A stretch of 64,000 nucleotides of DNA from Podarcis gaigeae (taxonomy: Eukaryota): assembly GCA_964106915.2 (NCBI GenBank), contig OZ066916.1; one strand, given 5' to 3'. The notes beneath the pieces were generated by a model. That model ran no database searches and was not told the origin of the DNA. It saw only the letters and a program-made list of their open reading frames with translations. A program made the translations under genes and the position numbers. Of the stretch, positions 11,451-24,914 are shown piece after piece; within the stretch, counting starts at the first letter, position 1, and every line of letters starts with the position of its first letter.

Positions 11451-13304
11451 TACTGGGTCCTCCTGACTCACCAGCAGAAGACCAGTGAGCTAGACAATCA
11501 TCTGGATTTCCTTTTTCACGTAGGACTCAATAGCCTACAAGGCCTCATCTATGATTTAAAGAGGCTTCATTTTTGTTTATTTAATTTTCCTGCACTTGTA
11601 GTCAAGCAACTGGTCAAATGAAGGTCAGCATCCTCCACATGAAGTCAGAAATTTCACTATGGTTTCCATATGCCTCTCCTCTGGTTCCCATGAAACCATC
11701 AGAAAGTTAAACCATTTGGTTTCCTTCTTCTATCTCTGGGCAAAGAAAAGAAAAATGGTTTCAGACTAGCTCTTTCTCTCCTGTCACGTGGTTAGTCACA
11801 ATCCAATGAGAATTGACATTCCACACTGAGATGCCACCCTGGTTTCTGACAGGATCCCAACAGCTTTCTTGCTTAAAGGCTGGTAGCGTCAGAGTGCCCC
11901 GTGAAGGGGATCCTTTTGGACAGCCTGATTCTGTGTTAGTCCTGTTCTTAACGAAAAGCAAAAAGTCAGAAACAATCTGATTCTGCCTGATTTTTTTTAA
12001 AGAAACCTCTCTATTGTCAAGTTCTTTTTCTTGTTAATTATCTCTTGGAGGCTGAGCAATTATTTACACAGAAAAGCAAGTTTCAGCCAAACAACCCCCA
12101 CTCTCCTCCCCTGTCCCACTTTATTATCAACATCCTCTTTGTGTTGCTTTCTTTTGTACTTTCTCCCCCATCCCTCTGCACCTTCTGTCTTGTCTCTTAG
12201 TTATGCGTTACTTTCTAAAAGCCAACATCAATATTTCTCTCTGTAGACATTCACAATTAGGGAATTTTTATAGCCGAGCAGGGGGGCATCGGCAATTCGA
12301 GATATTGTGTTCTCTTTCTTCCCCTAAAGCTGCTTTGTGGGTTTGGAGGAAACTCCTTCGAAGCAGCTCTCCACACTTTGGGGTGCTTTGTAGGTTGTTG
12401 CTGTGTGTTTTTGTTGTTGTGCAAGTGGATCCTCATTAGTTTGTTTCTGCATGCTGAATCCCCGGCGGCTGCTTTGAAGACATGTTAATTATAGTAATAA
12501 TTTCCAAGTCATTTACTAGTCGTTGCCAATTTTCTTACAGGAGGGGAGAGGGAAGCTAGGACTTGTCCAAACCACTCCGTCTTGAACAGAAATGCCTTGA
12601 GAGCTGGATATTTTTATTTTCTTGTAATTTATTTATTTGCTCCAGTGATAGTTGCCAGAAGTGATTTTTCCTCACTCTCAAGGCCTTTTCTAAGATGCTG
12701 CTTGATCCAAACTGTACTAATCATCTCCCCCTGCCTCCTCCCCACTCCCAATTTTGAGAACGGGGGAATAAGGGAAATTAACCATCAGCAGGAGTGTATG
12801 AAAGCTGTAAGTCCTGTTAGATGGAACATATTCATTTACTGCCGGCTAAATACATCATGATTATATGCAAGCTCACGGTCTCCGAATTCTAACCTCTGAG
12901 CTTGTGAACATAAGATGGCTCACTGTGGTTATTGGAACAAGAACTGCCTGTCTCAAAGGCCCGACTTGCTGAGGTGTAGGCGACTTTCTGTGTGGCACTC
13001 CGTTCCCACCAGGCTAGCAGAGCCAATTCTTGGTGAATCAAGCACATGGCCAAATGTCCTCAAAAGCAGACAAAGAGCTAGTTCTTTGCGTGACAGTTTG
13101 CATCGGATATTTGAGGGCACGTTCACTGCGAAAGGAATGGGAACGTTGTTCCCTTCGAAATTCACCAAAGGCTGAACTGGGCTGGCATATGATGATTTCA
13201 CCAATTCATATCTCCAAATCTTGGCATTCGTGGTGAAAGTCACCACATATCTATCCATTAAGGAGCAAAGTTATTGTTGTACTCATATGGGTATTAGTCC
13301 TAGC

Positions 13305-13430
13305 TTCAGATGGGTATCCATCTGTCATGGATGCTTTAGTTGAAATTCCTGCATTGCAGGGGGCTGGACTGGATGACCCTCGGGGTCCCTTCCAACTCTA
13401 CAATTCTGTGATTCTGCAATTCTATCATTC
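13305..13430 (+). mobile_element. CR1 3' tail
   Basis: CCTGCATTGCAGGGGGCTGGACT...CCCTTCCAACTCTACAATTCTGTGATTCT. Confidence 0.75.
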
Positions 13431-13506
13431 CACTGGGATACCTGCCTTTTGCTTGATTAGTTGGTTGGTTGCGCCTATATACCTCCTTTCTGCCAAGGCA
13501 GATTCT

Positions 13507-13666
13507 GGACTAATCTACACTGGTCAGTTATAACGTTAAAAATGTGTTATAAAAATGTGACACCAGAGGGTGCTGGAGAGCAGCAATTCATCATTGATGG
13601 AAATTGCATTGACAGCTATATGATGGGGGGGGTTAGCGGGGGGTTTCATAGCGTGTAAATTCAGGC
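13507..13666 (+). mobile_element. Harbinger-like MITE with CTCF-like motif
   Basis: Core TGTGTTATAA..ATGTGACACCAGAGGGTGCTG shared with the 7183 and 41152 copies. Confidence 0.55.
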
Positions 13667-13961
13667 TATAAATTAAAATACTAGAATAAAACAGATGCTA
13701 CAAAATATTTCCAGGCCAACTTCAAGAGCCGATAACATAAGCCTGGTCTTCCTTGCTTCTATCTTCCCTCAGGTCTGACAGGTCTTAAGTAGGTCTAGAA
13801 ATGGGGAAGGAGCTGTAGTAAACCATTTTTACTGTATGCTAATCCTTTCTAACCACGCCAGTTCTTGTACAGAAATCCACATCATGTGTATTCTATGGTG
13901 CATTCTTTTTCTTTCTTTTCTTAAAATATTTTATTGCTTTTTTGCATATAATAAATACAAC

Positions 13962-14293
13962 CGATTTACAGAAGCCGTCCCATTTTCTGATTTGATCCTG
14001 GAATGTCCTGCTTTTCCTTAGGACGTCCCTATTTCCACTGGAGAAATGTTGGAGGGTATGGAGTCATGTGACCCCCGAGTCAAGGAGATAAGTAACTATG
14101 CAATCTTTAGAAAACATCTGTATACGGACTTTTTTTAATGTTCAGTGTTTTATTATGCTTTTATCTATGTTGGAAGCCGCCTAGAGTGGCTGGGGCAACC
14201 CAGTCAGTCTGGCTGGGTATAAACAATAAAATTGTTGCTATTATTATGGAACAAGATGTCCCTATTTTCATCGGAGAAACGTTGGAAGGTATG
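13962..14293 (+). mobile_element. Composite hAT-like element with duplicated right terminus and captured L2 tail
   Basis: GAGAAA(T/C)GTTGGA(G/A)GGTATG occurs twice (14041-14060 and 14274-14293); the intervening sequence is shared with 30442-30921. Confidence 0.7.
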
Positions 14294-14639
14294 TGAAAAT
14301 AGCAGCTAGTGTGCCATTGCTTGGAAAAAAGCATAAAAGGCATAAAGCAGCTTCAAGTTGCAACCACTTAGAACAAGTGTATAACACATCTTAAAGTCTC
14401 TAGGCCAATACATCTCTCCAGATGTTTCCATGGGTCTGGGAAGGTTGCCTCAATTGATTATCACATCCCATATGGGAGATGAATGGATACCAGGTGTTGT
14501 GAAATGATAAAGGACTCAACTTACCTCTGGCTACCCTGACAGGTCAATTTCTCAGCCAGAGCAATGGAACACACCTGAGCGTACCATGAGTCTATTGGCA
14601 GGCCTGTTGCAGAGGACCAACATTTCTAACCGAGCATCT

Positions 14640-14990
14640 CCCAGCAAAAATATGGCCCTCCAGGCCTCTCTATGTGGCCCTCAAGATTCTCTCCAGGCCA
14701 CACCTCCTCCCTATCCACACCCCTGCTCCCCAAGCCATACTGCTCCCCAGCCCTGCTAGGCACCCTCCACCAGTGTTTTGCCTGACTGGAATGTGCCCTC
14801 AAACTCTTGACAATGCCTTCTGCTTGGTTGATTGGCGAACTGTGCCAAAACCAGTCTATGACAAAGGTAAGATTTACATTGGTTGCTCCATCCACTTTTA
14901 GCCCTGCCCCTGACAACCCTGTGTCACCCAGGAAGGTTGCTAAGAAGAAAGCATTGCCCTCAGCCTTAAAAAAAAAAAAAGATGAGTCAA
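14640..14990 (+). mobile_element. hAT Charlie-like non-autonomous element (degenerate)
   Basis: GGCCCTCCA...TGGCCC...CTCCCCAGGC body shared with 53025-53590 and 55270-55600. Boundaries approximate. Confidence 0.5.
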
Positions 14991-16529
14991 AGGCGGTTCC
15001 AGCCTAATCAAAGCCTTAGTGCAATATTTCCACAAGCCCATTTTCTCATTGTTAAGCACATATTTTTTGCTCCATGAGTGTAAAAAAATAATGGAGAGAA
15101 GGGAGATGCTTTATTCCCAGTAACATCAGAAGGGTCTTCCCCCACCTAACATCTCCTTAGCATCTGAGCCTTCTGCTTTGATTGTTAACATGAGCTGCTT
15201 TAATTAATATCTTAAATATAATTAACTATGGGGGGTTCAGTAGCAGATTTATCACCACAATCAACCTTCGGGCTTTATTTTATCTATAATATCTGAGACA
15301 GGAACAATCATGTCAAGCACATGACGGCTTTTCTGAAAGCCCTCAAGGCAGAGTGAACTTTGAATGGTATTTCTATTTGCTGGAGTTCCCCGAGATTTTC
15401 AAGTGAGAAGATCCAGGGCTTCTTTCGGTTTGGCAACTTCTAGTTTCCACCAGCTGAAGCATCTCATTGGATCCAATAAACAATAACAGTCAGAACATTA
15501 ATCCAATAGAAGGAGACAGAGCTTGAGAACTTCCCATGGGTGAGCAGGGAGGACATATTAGGGAGACAAGACTTTGATATTACACAGAGCTGGAACTTAA
15601 TAGAATGGCTCTGTTTGATTTATATTTACTACCCAAGCTGAAGAGTTAAAGACCACCAGCAATACAGTCCTTACAATGGCATTGCGCAGAAAGTTGTACT
15701 CTAGCATAACTCCCCGGACAGTGACATTATGTGGACACTGCAAAGTTTTTACATGTGATGTGATGCAAACCATCAAATGTTTGCTTTTGAATTAAGCAGG
15801 CATTGTGAGACAAGAGCTCCCTCAGATGTAAACGATCCTCAGGGACATTATCTTGTTTTAGGAACAATTCTGGGCCTGTCTGACAGCTAAATAAACTCAA
15901 ATATAACTAGTATTCAAAGCTCTGAACTGTTCCAGTGAGCATGTAGACCTTCGTGAGGCATGGGAGAGTTCCCTGCTTGATCAGGATTGAAGTTAGACTC
16001 TGGTAGAAATGTGGGTTGCTAATTCTAATGTGTTGAAACGGATGAAGTGTTTTAAATATGATTTATTGTGATTTATTGTTGCATTTTATGAATGATTTTA
16101 TTTTTTTGGAAGATGGGATAGAATTTCAATAAAATAAATAATTTTGTCGGAATTCCCCAACATCTCTACAAAGAGCAAATACTTTCAAGTGAATGAAGGG
16201 AAAGCACAAGAAGTGACATGATCTGCCGGGGTTATCAGCACAATGGGACTCCCATTTATTTAATGAGACTTGTGTGGGGATGTTTCACCTGAAGAGAATC
16301 ACACTTAGAAGTTTAGTGCAGTAAAACATTTGCCTGTAAATCAATGGGAATAGCTACTAGGTCTGTTGTGACCCCCTAATTGGCATGAACTTATAATTTC
16401 CCCCTTACAGCGTTCTATCAACACCTTATTTTTATTTTTATTTTACATCTATATCACTTGCATGGGCAAGCAACATCTAAATACATCTCTCTGGCATGCA
16501 TTGTGACTTACCACCCTTGTAAAGGAGTA

Positions 16530-16741
16530 CAGTGGTACCTCCGGTTAAGTACTTAATTCGTTCTGGAGGTCCGTACTTAACCTGAAACTGCTCTTAACCT
16601 GAAGAACCACTTTAGCTAATGGGGCCTCCTGCTGCTGCCGCACCGCCGGAGCACGATTTCTGTTCTCATCCTGAAGTAAAGTTCTTAACCTGAAGCACTA
16701 TTTCTGGGTTAACGGAGTGTGTAACCTGAAGCGTATGTAAC
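16530..16741. mobile_element. Tigger-like MITE, right TIR deleted
   Basis: TA then CAGTGGTACCTC start; homologous to 38041-38282. Confidence 0.9.
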
Positions 16742-17319
16742 ACTCCCAGCACAGTTTATTCTCTTGGAAAAGCCAAAATTGAGGCAGGTTTCCTAATCTT
16801 GCAGCAACAGGATGCAGATGTTGACTACTGAAGATATTAAGGTTAGTCTACTCCTGCAAGGCTCCTCCTATCTTCTGAGGTCTGCCAGGAAGGTGTGTGT
16901 AGAGACTTCACGATTGTGTTCGGAGAGGAGCTGAATTCACCAGGTACATTTCACAGAAAGTGACCAGATCTATCCATTTGCCCATAAAAAGGGTGGATAA
17001 CCATATACTGAGAGCAACATAACCCAAGCACATACTGGCACTAAACCTATAACGAACCCTATGTGTAATTGCATATCCGCCTCCTGTTTATCCCAGCCTG
17101 TTTGGCAAAGCTTAGAATCCTGCTGGGAGGAGCACAGAAGGAAGAAATGCCATGGTGCATCTGCAGCAGCACATCCAAATGCCTTCGTTTGCCCCAGCTG
17201 CAACCCAACATGTCTCTCCCGTATCAGTCTCTAGATGGTTTGACTTACCCCTAAAGGCACATTCCTCCATTGTCTCCTGAGACAGATGGGTACCAGTCAG
17301 CTCATTTACTCCTGTTTTA

Positions 17320-17700
17320 AAACAGCTGCACTGGTTGGCAGCTATTGTCAGGTCTAATTCAAGATACCCAGGTTGGTGTTTGATGATGTGTAGGGTGTTC
17401 AAAGCCCTAAATTACTTAGGCCCTAAACATCTGAAAGACTGCCTCCTTTCCAACCAGCCTCCTCTGGTGTTAAGATAACCAGAGGAGGGGGCTTTCTCAG
17501 TGGTTTCACAAACTTTGCTGGGGACAGAGCCTTCTCTGGGGCAGCCCCTTAACAGTGGAACGCCCTCCCCACAGATGTGCCTCTAGTGTCATCATTGCCC
17601 AGTTTCTGCTACATGCTGAAGACACACCTCTTTAGCCTTTGACACCTGAGAGGTTTTCTGATTCTAAATTGCTTTAACTTATTTTAATGTTGTCTTTTTA
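17320..17700 (+). mobile_element. L2 LINE 3' fragment
   Basis: Coding remnants QLHWL, FKALNYLGP and WNALP. Confidence 0.7.
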
Positions 17701-17895
17701 ATAGCCGTAACAGAGTGAAGGAGATGGCGAAGCCACGGCAAGGAGGAAGAGACCATAGATGTGAAAAGGGAAGAGAGTGTCCCTGGGAGAGGGAGACCAG
17801 AGTGGTGGTGAGTCCTTTGGCGTGGTACCTTCCCAATGACCCCCTAAAAACCTGGCAGTGCTCCTGGTGCTCCAGGAGACAATCGCTTTCAGGAG

Positions 17896-18116
17896 ACAGT
17901 GTGGTGTAGTTGTTAGATCGTTGGACTAGAACCAGGGAGACCCGGGTTCAAATCCCCATTCAACCATGATGCTCACTGGACGCCCTTGAGCCAGTCACCT
18001 CCTCTTACCCTAACCTCCCTCACAGGTTTGTTGTGAGGATAAAACAATGAGGAGCAGAACACCACCTTGAGCTCCTTTGAGGAAAGGTGAGGTATAAATG
18101 TATCAATAAATAAACA
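17896..18116 (+). mobile_element. tRNA-derived CORE-type/Squam3A-like SINE
   Basis: A box, B box GGTTCAAATCC, CORE-like CCTCACAGG-TTGTTGTGAGGATAAA, (TAAA)n tail. Confidence 0.75.
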
Positions 18117-20164
18117 AAGCAACAAAGCAAGGCCCAAAAGTCTCCAAAGAAATGATGAAGATTATGGCTACAGACTTCCCCAGTGCTTCTGCTTAGAGTA
18201 CCAGATCGATCGCTGCCATCTTAGATATGAATTTTATTTTATTTTTAAGGTAAAAGGCCCTGGTATTTGCCCTATCATGGTGGGTGCTGAGACCAGGTAT
18301 GCATTGTGTTGTGGCCACTGGCCTTGATTAAATTTAATGACAGCTTATTCAAACAACAACAGTTATAAATTCTGAGCAGTGTACACAAACTAGCATAAAT
18401 AAAAAATACTGATAAAATCATTAAGCTTTCAAAACAAGTCAACGTCAATTACTCCAAAAATATAGATTAAAATCAACATTTTTTAAATAAAATAAAATGT
18501 ATGGGTAGGTTTGCCAAAACATAAAAGTTTTTAGCAGGCATTAAAAAATAGAAGAAAGACGCAATGCTTCCCATCAGCAAAAGAAAGATTTTTCCAGCCC
18601 TGATCTGATTAAAAAAAAATGCCAAATTTAACTTAAATAGCAGAATGGGCAGGATTTAAGAAGAGACAGCAGAGCATCTGAGAAGCATGCCAAGTATATG
18701 AACAGAAGGCACAACTTTATTTTCCCAACTCCCAAACTCATGAAGTTGTGAAGGCAATAAAACAAGGATTTTCGTGCATGAAATAAGAAGGAGTTCTGAG
18801 CATTAAGCGAAGAGAGTCTGGCAGCTGAAGTACATTAGCCCCGCTCTGCTAAAGATAACAGGAAAATTCACAACAGCGAAACACCAGGAAATGCGTAAGC
18901 AACTACAGTAATATGTGATTCACCGCATATTGCTGGAAATAATAATCTCTAGACCGCTGACATGCATGGTAGAGAAAACAGTCACATATATACCTAACCA
19001 ACTCAGGTTTGAACCTAATAGTTACTTGGCCTTTCATTCATCTGGGACTCACTACCGGGAAAATGGAGGCAGGTGGATTGGTGCCCTGTCCCAAAATCAG
19101 ATATCCTTACGTTTAACCTGGAACTTTATTTATTTGTGGTATCTGTGTACATAAAAACCCTGGTTTGTACTACAAGAGTTCATGTATAAACTTAGTTGCT
19201 GCATCCCAGTGTATGCACAGACAAGTTACAAAGTGGACCCATAAAGTAGCAGTGGTTTCAATAACAACAGCCACCCATGTACTTTGCCAGATACTCGGAG
19301 AGAGCAAGAGAAAGTTAATATTTGGCAGATTCCAGATGCAGCTGAATGCAAGCTAAAAATAAATTTTCTTTGTTTCTCTTCTTAATGGCCAGTCATTAAG
19401 GCAACTGTGCAAATGTAACATATTGTGAAGGTTCTCTTAAGAGCTGCTTTCATCCATCTTTATTATTTATTGGTTCAAGTCAGATGACACAACTGAGCTA
19501 CTTTATAGTTGGAGGTGCGGCTGATGGGCTGTTTGCCCTATCTGACCTTGGAAAGGGCAAACGTAGTTTAAAGATGTTTATAAATGGTAAATTTCGTGGC
19601 AGAGAATGATGTGAAAATAAATCGAGCACACTCCTGAAATGATTAAAAGGAGGACATTGTATAAACAGGATGCTGCAGTGGGCAAGCTTCTGAAAAGTAC
19701 GATACAACGCTGGGAGCCAGAGCGAGCCGTGAATCAATGTGTTCCACAAGCGGATCATTATAAAGGATTTCTGTCATTGCTCTTGCTGGAAACGGCATTC
19801 GTTTCGAGGGCAATGGCTGCAACGTTTAACAATGGATTACCTGTGGGATGTTGATGTTTAACATTATAGAGAAATGCGAGGTGAACTGGAATGCCTTTCA
19901 TAATTGAACAATGAAACAATTCATCACTCCCAAATGAACAAATTAAACAGCCAGGGCCCTACCTATCTGAGAGACCAATGCTTTCCATTCATGCTCCAAT
20001 CTGCTAGGGGCTGCTTTGAAACTACTTACATTGTTTCATGCTTGTTTTTGTAAATGCTGAGAAGGACCTCCTGGTTTCGTCTTTGTCAATGACTTTCAGC
20101 ACCTGATGCAAAAACGGCCATGTTGGCTTGATGTTGCCCTTTGTGTACCATTTGCCTGCATTGC

Positions 20165-20480
20165 CATTTATTTATTTTACTTTTATTTATGCATTTTTAA
20201 TAGCTTTTATACACACATCATACAGTTCCCATCTCTTTTCTTTATTCCTAAGACTTTCCATCTATCTGTGGCATTCCAGGGAAATCTTGATCTGCTGCAT
20301 ATCCTGGTATTTCACCCATTATCATCTCAAGTCTTCCTTTTTTGATGTTATCTGCTGCTCATATGTTAATTCTTACTTGTATGTTAAATTGTATATTGTA
20401 CCCTCTAAAATAATCTCCCAAACACCTCCACTCTTCTCTTAACTCATCATTATTCCTTAGTTTCACAGTCATAGTTACTA
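20165..20480 (-). mobile_element. L1 3' fragment
   Basis: Minus-strand MTVKLRNNDELREEWRCLGDY resembles the squamate L1 ORF2 end; A-rich tail. Confidence 0.55.
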
Positions 20481-22619
20481 GTTGCCATTTAATCCTGTTG
20501 AATGTGGGGACACACATTTTTTGCCAATAAAATCATACACTGACACCAGGTTGAACTTGCAATGGGAAACCATGGTTTTCCACTGTGAGAATAAACTATA
20601 GCAAGCCATGGGCTCACATGTTCTCCCAACCTTCTCCTCTTCCTCTGTGTTTACATTCTTCTTCCAGTACCTTGTGATGTCCTAGCTCAGAAAACTGTGG
20701 TTTGTTTAAATTATAGTCAGTGAGAACAAATCAGGGTTTCAGAATCTAGCTCCTTGACAAACCATAGCTGAAACAAGCTGCAAGTTCCTCAGTTTTGAGG
20801 GGTTCTGGTTTGTTCAAAACTGGAGATTAATGTTTGACATTTCCCTTCTGACACAGGAAAGAAGAGATGTGGGGAGAGAAGAACATGGGAGCCAAGTTCA
20901 CTCAGAATGATTCATCCTGTGGCATATCTGAACTGGTCCAAAGGCTGTCCTGATGATGTCACAGACATTTGGAAACTCAGTCATGTGAGTTACTACAACC
21001 AATCAGATTGAATGGGACTGGAATTATAGAGAAGCACATTTGTTATCTACATGGACCAAGGCCTAATGGGAGGCTGCTCTTCCTGGAAGAGCATAATGGC
21101 ATGGTAAAGGTTGGCTTGGCCCCATTCATTGGCCAAAGAAGGCACTATTGCTCTCCATTTGCATATAGAAAGAACACTCTATTCTCACAGCCAGTTGCCC
21201 TGGCGGTATGGAAGTAAGGGGAAAGGACCCTGACCCTGGCTATTGGCCAAAAGGGTCACTAATGCAAGCAAGGAGACCAGCAAGGTCTTTTGTGTTTTAT
21301 TCAGTTTGTACCTTGTATACCATGCAATGAAGTGGTCTATACAATTTGTTAAAGAAATGCATAGCTTCATAAGTGGTTGCTGTTTTGCTTATCCTCCATA
21401 TCTATAGCCCACTGTTCCTCAGAAGGGAAAGCTATCCAGCTAGTGTCTCATTTTATCCTAACATAAATCCTGTGTGGTAGGTCAGACTGAGATAGATTGA
21501 ATAGCCTTGGTCCAAATAATTGTTCCATGAGCATCAGTATGAAGTCCTGTATTCTAGCTGCCACACCAAAGTAGAAAAATCAGCATCTCAGTTAACTGGT
21601 AACTGGGCAAATGCTGCCAAAATAGTCCCCCCCCCCTTCATTATACCTGTCCAAAGACATCCAAAAAAAATTAAGTTCATGCCAGCATAGAGCACATTAT
21701 GGTTACAGTCTCAAGATAATATGGATGCCTTAAGTACTCACAAAGTCTTTCTTTGCCACCTCTGCATTTAAGAAACACATGGCAGCTGTTAATGCCTCTG
21801 CTGTACTTCTAATAGACTAAGCGTCTCATCGACAATGTTTTTCCAGCTACGTGAAAACAGATCTACATCATACATAGCTGTGAAGTCTGGACAAAGATTG
21901 CGCTGCGCTGCGATGCCAAATGTTCTCTGTTGTCCTCGGGGCATTGGAGTTCTTTATTTTTGGTCAGGCAGGCAATGGCTATCAATTAAAACTAAAATGA
22001 AATAAAAAAACCGGATTCATCTCTAGAATTTAGATCTTACTTTCTAATCCAAACCTGGTTCCTGTTATTACTAGCCCCCTGTGACTATTAGAGAGAGTCT
22101 TCCCAACCCAATGTTCCTGATATTTCCTTAATGGCATGGAGTCTGGAGTGTAGCTAACAAAAAGCATATTACCAAAATTTGAATGTGCATAATGGAAAAC
22201 ATTTCACTGGGCTTTCTCCAGAGAATGATGTATTGTGGCCACACCCTCCTCGATGAGCGTGGAGAGCTTATCTCTCAAAGGAAAGCAAAATTATATTTAG
22301 TCCATTACAGAGATCTTTAACGGGGAAGGGAATGTTTTTTAGAAACACCACACACACACACACACACAGTTTCTCTTTGCCATGCTGTTAGTGACCCTTA
22401 TTTTTACTGTGTATGGAATAAAAATTCATGAGCAGATGTCTCACTTTGCCATTGTAAGCACAACCTTAAAGAGGTTAAAAGCAGAAAAAAGGGGCTCTTA
22501 GTGCATAGACATTTTGGAAACAGATGTTTGGTGTCTAGTATGTGATTTCTATTCATACCCCCCTTCCTTTTGAGTGTGTGCATGTGTGCTAAGTAGAGAT
22601 TGTGAATTGTATTCATATC

Positions 22620-22898
22620 ACTTTAAACAGTCGCGGCTCCCACCCACCCCCCAAAGAATTCTGGGAACTGTAGTTTGTTAAGGGTGCTGAGAGTTCTACA
22701 ACTCCAGAGCTACAATTCTTAGAGGTTTAAAAGTCAAACCCTCTTCCCAGAGAACTCTGGGAATTGTAGCTCTGTGAAGGGAACTGGGGTTTGCACTCAC
22801 CACCCTTAACAAACTACAGTTCTCAGGATTCCTTGGAGGAAGCCATGGTAGTTTAAAGTTGTATAATTCTGCTTTCAATTTATAGTGCAGGTGTGACT
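22620..22898. mobile_element. Palindromic MITE (probably Harbinger-like)
   Basis: Inverted arms CTGGGAACTGTAGTTTGTTAAGGGTG / CACCCTTAACAAACTACAGTTC; partial copies at 10928-11030 and 34890-35085. Confidence 0.7.
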
Positions 22899-23375
22899 TG
22901 TTTTTGTTTGTTTTTTTTTTAGAAATGCAGCAGGAACTGTCTCTAACTCCACAGGAAGTGCAAATGGGAGCTGTTGGCTATTGAGAGTCACTGCAGTTAC
23001 TTTAGAATTATTAGTTTGTTTACTGGGTAACTGTGCCATGCAATTATACTCCTGCTTTGCTTTCAGCGTGGAATTAAGTTTCAGACTGCCCTTAGACAGG
23101 AGCTTTAAAAATCAATCATACAAGAATCTGGGTTACTGTGAATTGCCAACACAATAACAGTCCCTTCATCTCTTCACATGGTGTGACTATGAAGGAGCTC
23201 CACTCCTCTCACATTCAACTTCTCTGTAAGTGGGATATGGCTTAGCAAAACCTTGCCCTTTTGCCCTCCAGATGTTTGGACTACAATTCCTATCAGCCCC
23301 AGCTACCATGGTCAATAGGCAGGGATGATGGGAGTTGTAGTACAGAATACCTGGAGAGCGGCAGGTTGGGGAAGA

Positions 23376-23801
23376 ATTGTAGAGCTGGAAAGGACCTCGA
23401 GGGTCATCTAGTCCAACCCCCTGCAATGTAGAAATCTCATCCATGACAGATGGCCATCCAACCTCTGCTTAAAAACCTCCAAGGAAGGAGAAATCACCAC
23501 CTCCCAAGGGAGAGTGTTTCACTGTCAACCCAGCTCTTACTGTTTGAAACTTCTTCCTAATGTTTGTGTGGAATTTCCTTTCTTGTAATTTGAAGTCATT
23601 GATTCGAGTCCTACCCTCCAGAGCAGGAGAGAACAAGCTTGCTCCATCTGCTGTGTGACAGCCCTTCAGATAATGAAGATGGCTATCATATCTCCTCTCA
23701 ATCTCCTCTTTTCCTGGCTAAGCATACCAAGCTCCTTCAACCGTTCCTCATAAGGCTTAGTTTCCAGACCCTTGAATATCTTGGTTTCCCTCCTCTGCAC
23801 A
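23376..23801 (-). mobile_element. CR1 LINE 3' fragment
   Basis: Translation [39 protein letters not shown] matches the CR1 ORF2 C-terminal region; CR1 tail present. Confidence 0.92.
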
Positions 23802-24914
23802 AGCTGAATAACACTTATCCCAATACTGAACAGATCCTTGGAGGACCCCATGTCTTACTTCTCTGCACTGAGAGATCTGCTTGTTTTACGCATGTTGTTT
23901 AGCCAGCAACTGATTCATACAATAACCCACTCTCCTATCCCATGACTGCTAAGTTTACTCAAAAGCCTCTGTCAAAGGTTTACCTATAACAGTTGTGCTT
24001 ATTTGAAGAATTTGAACGGAGACAGCTTTTCTCACTACTGCCATGCTTCAATTCAGCAATCTGGCCTCCACACAATATAAAGTATGGAAGATATGGCCTG
24101 GATCCAACTGCAGTCAAGGGCAACTGATGGCAGCCAGTGGCCTTGGTAGCTGGTCCCTGTTTGTATCTATTTAGTTCAGTGGGGCTCACATCAGAATGAA
24201 TATGGATGGGATATCAGATCCATGCAACTGTCTTCTACTGCATCTGGTTACTTTGGGAGCAAGACATTGGAATTTAGCGGCAAATAATTGTTCGGAACTC
24301 CCAGTGAGTAAGCAGGCAAGAAATGCATTTCTGACTTCAGAGGTACCTGGATGGGTGGTTTTTCAAAATAATAATAATAATAAAGTTCACTAAAGGGAGT
24401 AGGAGAAATCCTTAGGACAAAAGGATATGATGGATGATAGCCCTGTGGCTTAAATTGCCATTCCAAAACCATATTTTGTAGCAAGCGCACAATCCAAAAA
24501 AACCACCCACTCAGACTCTGATCTTGCTAGATGAAGTTGCATTAAACAGTAATGCCTTTTTCCTTTAGTAATTGTTTTTATGGTCAGTTGGGTTGCCAGT
24601 TTATTAAAGAACAGTTCTTTTATTTCCATTTTGGAATTACCCAGGCGTTTTATAAATGATGCAGTCATGACTGTTCCTGGCTTCAACATGGCTTCATTTT
24701 GCTTGAGTAATAATAATGAACTGCTAGATTTTAGCAGTACGTGGGCTGCTTGCAGATAATCGACAGGCATTCCTGCAAGCATATCTTTCTTACGCTTGGT
24801 GGCCCATCTGTCTCTGCACCTTCTATAATGAAATGTGCCCTAGAGGTGTTTAACAGTCCTGGTATTCTCCTCCCAGAGGACCACATGAATCCAACAAAGG
24901 AGGCAGGACAGAGT

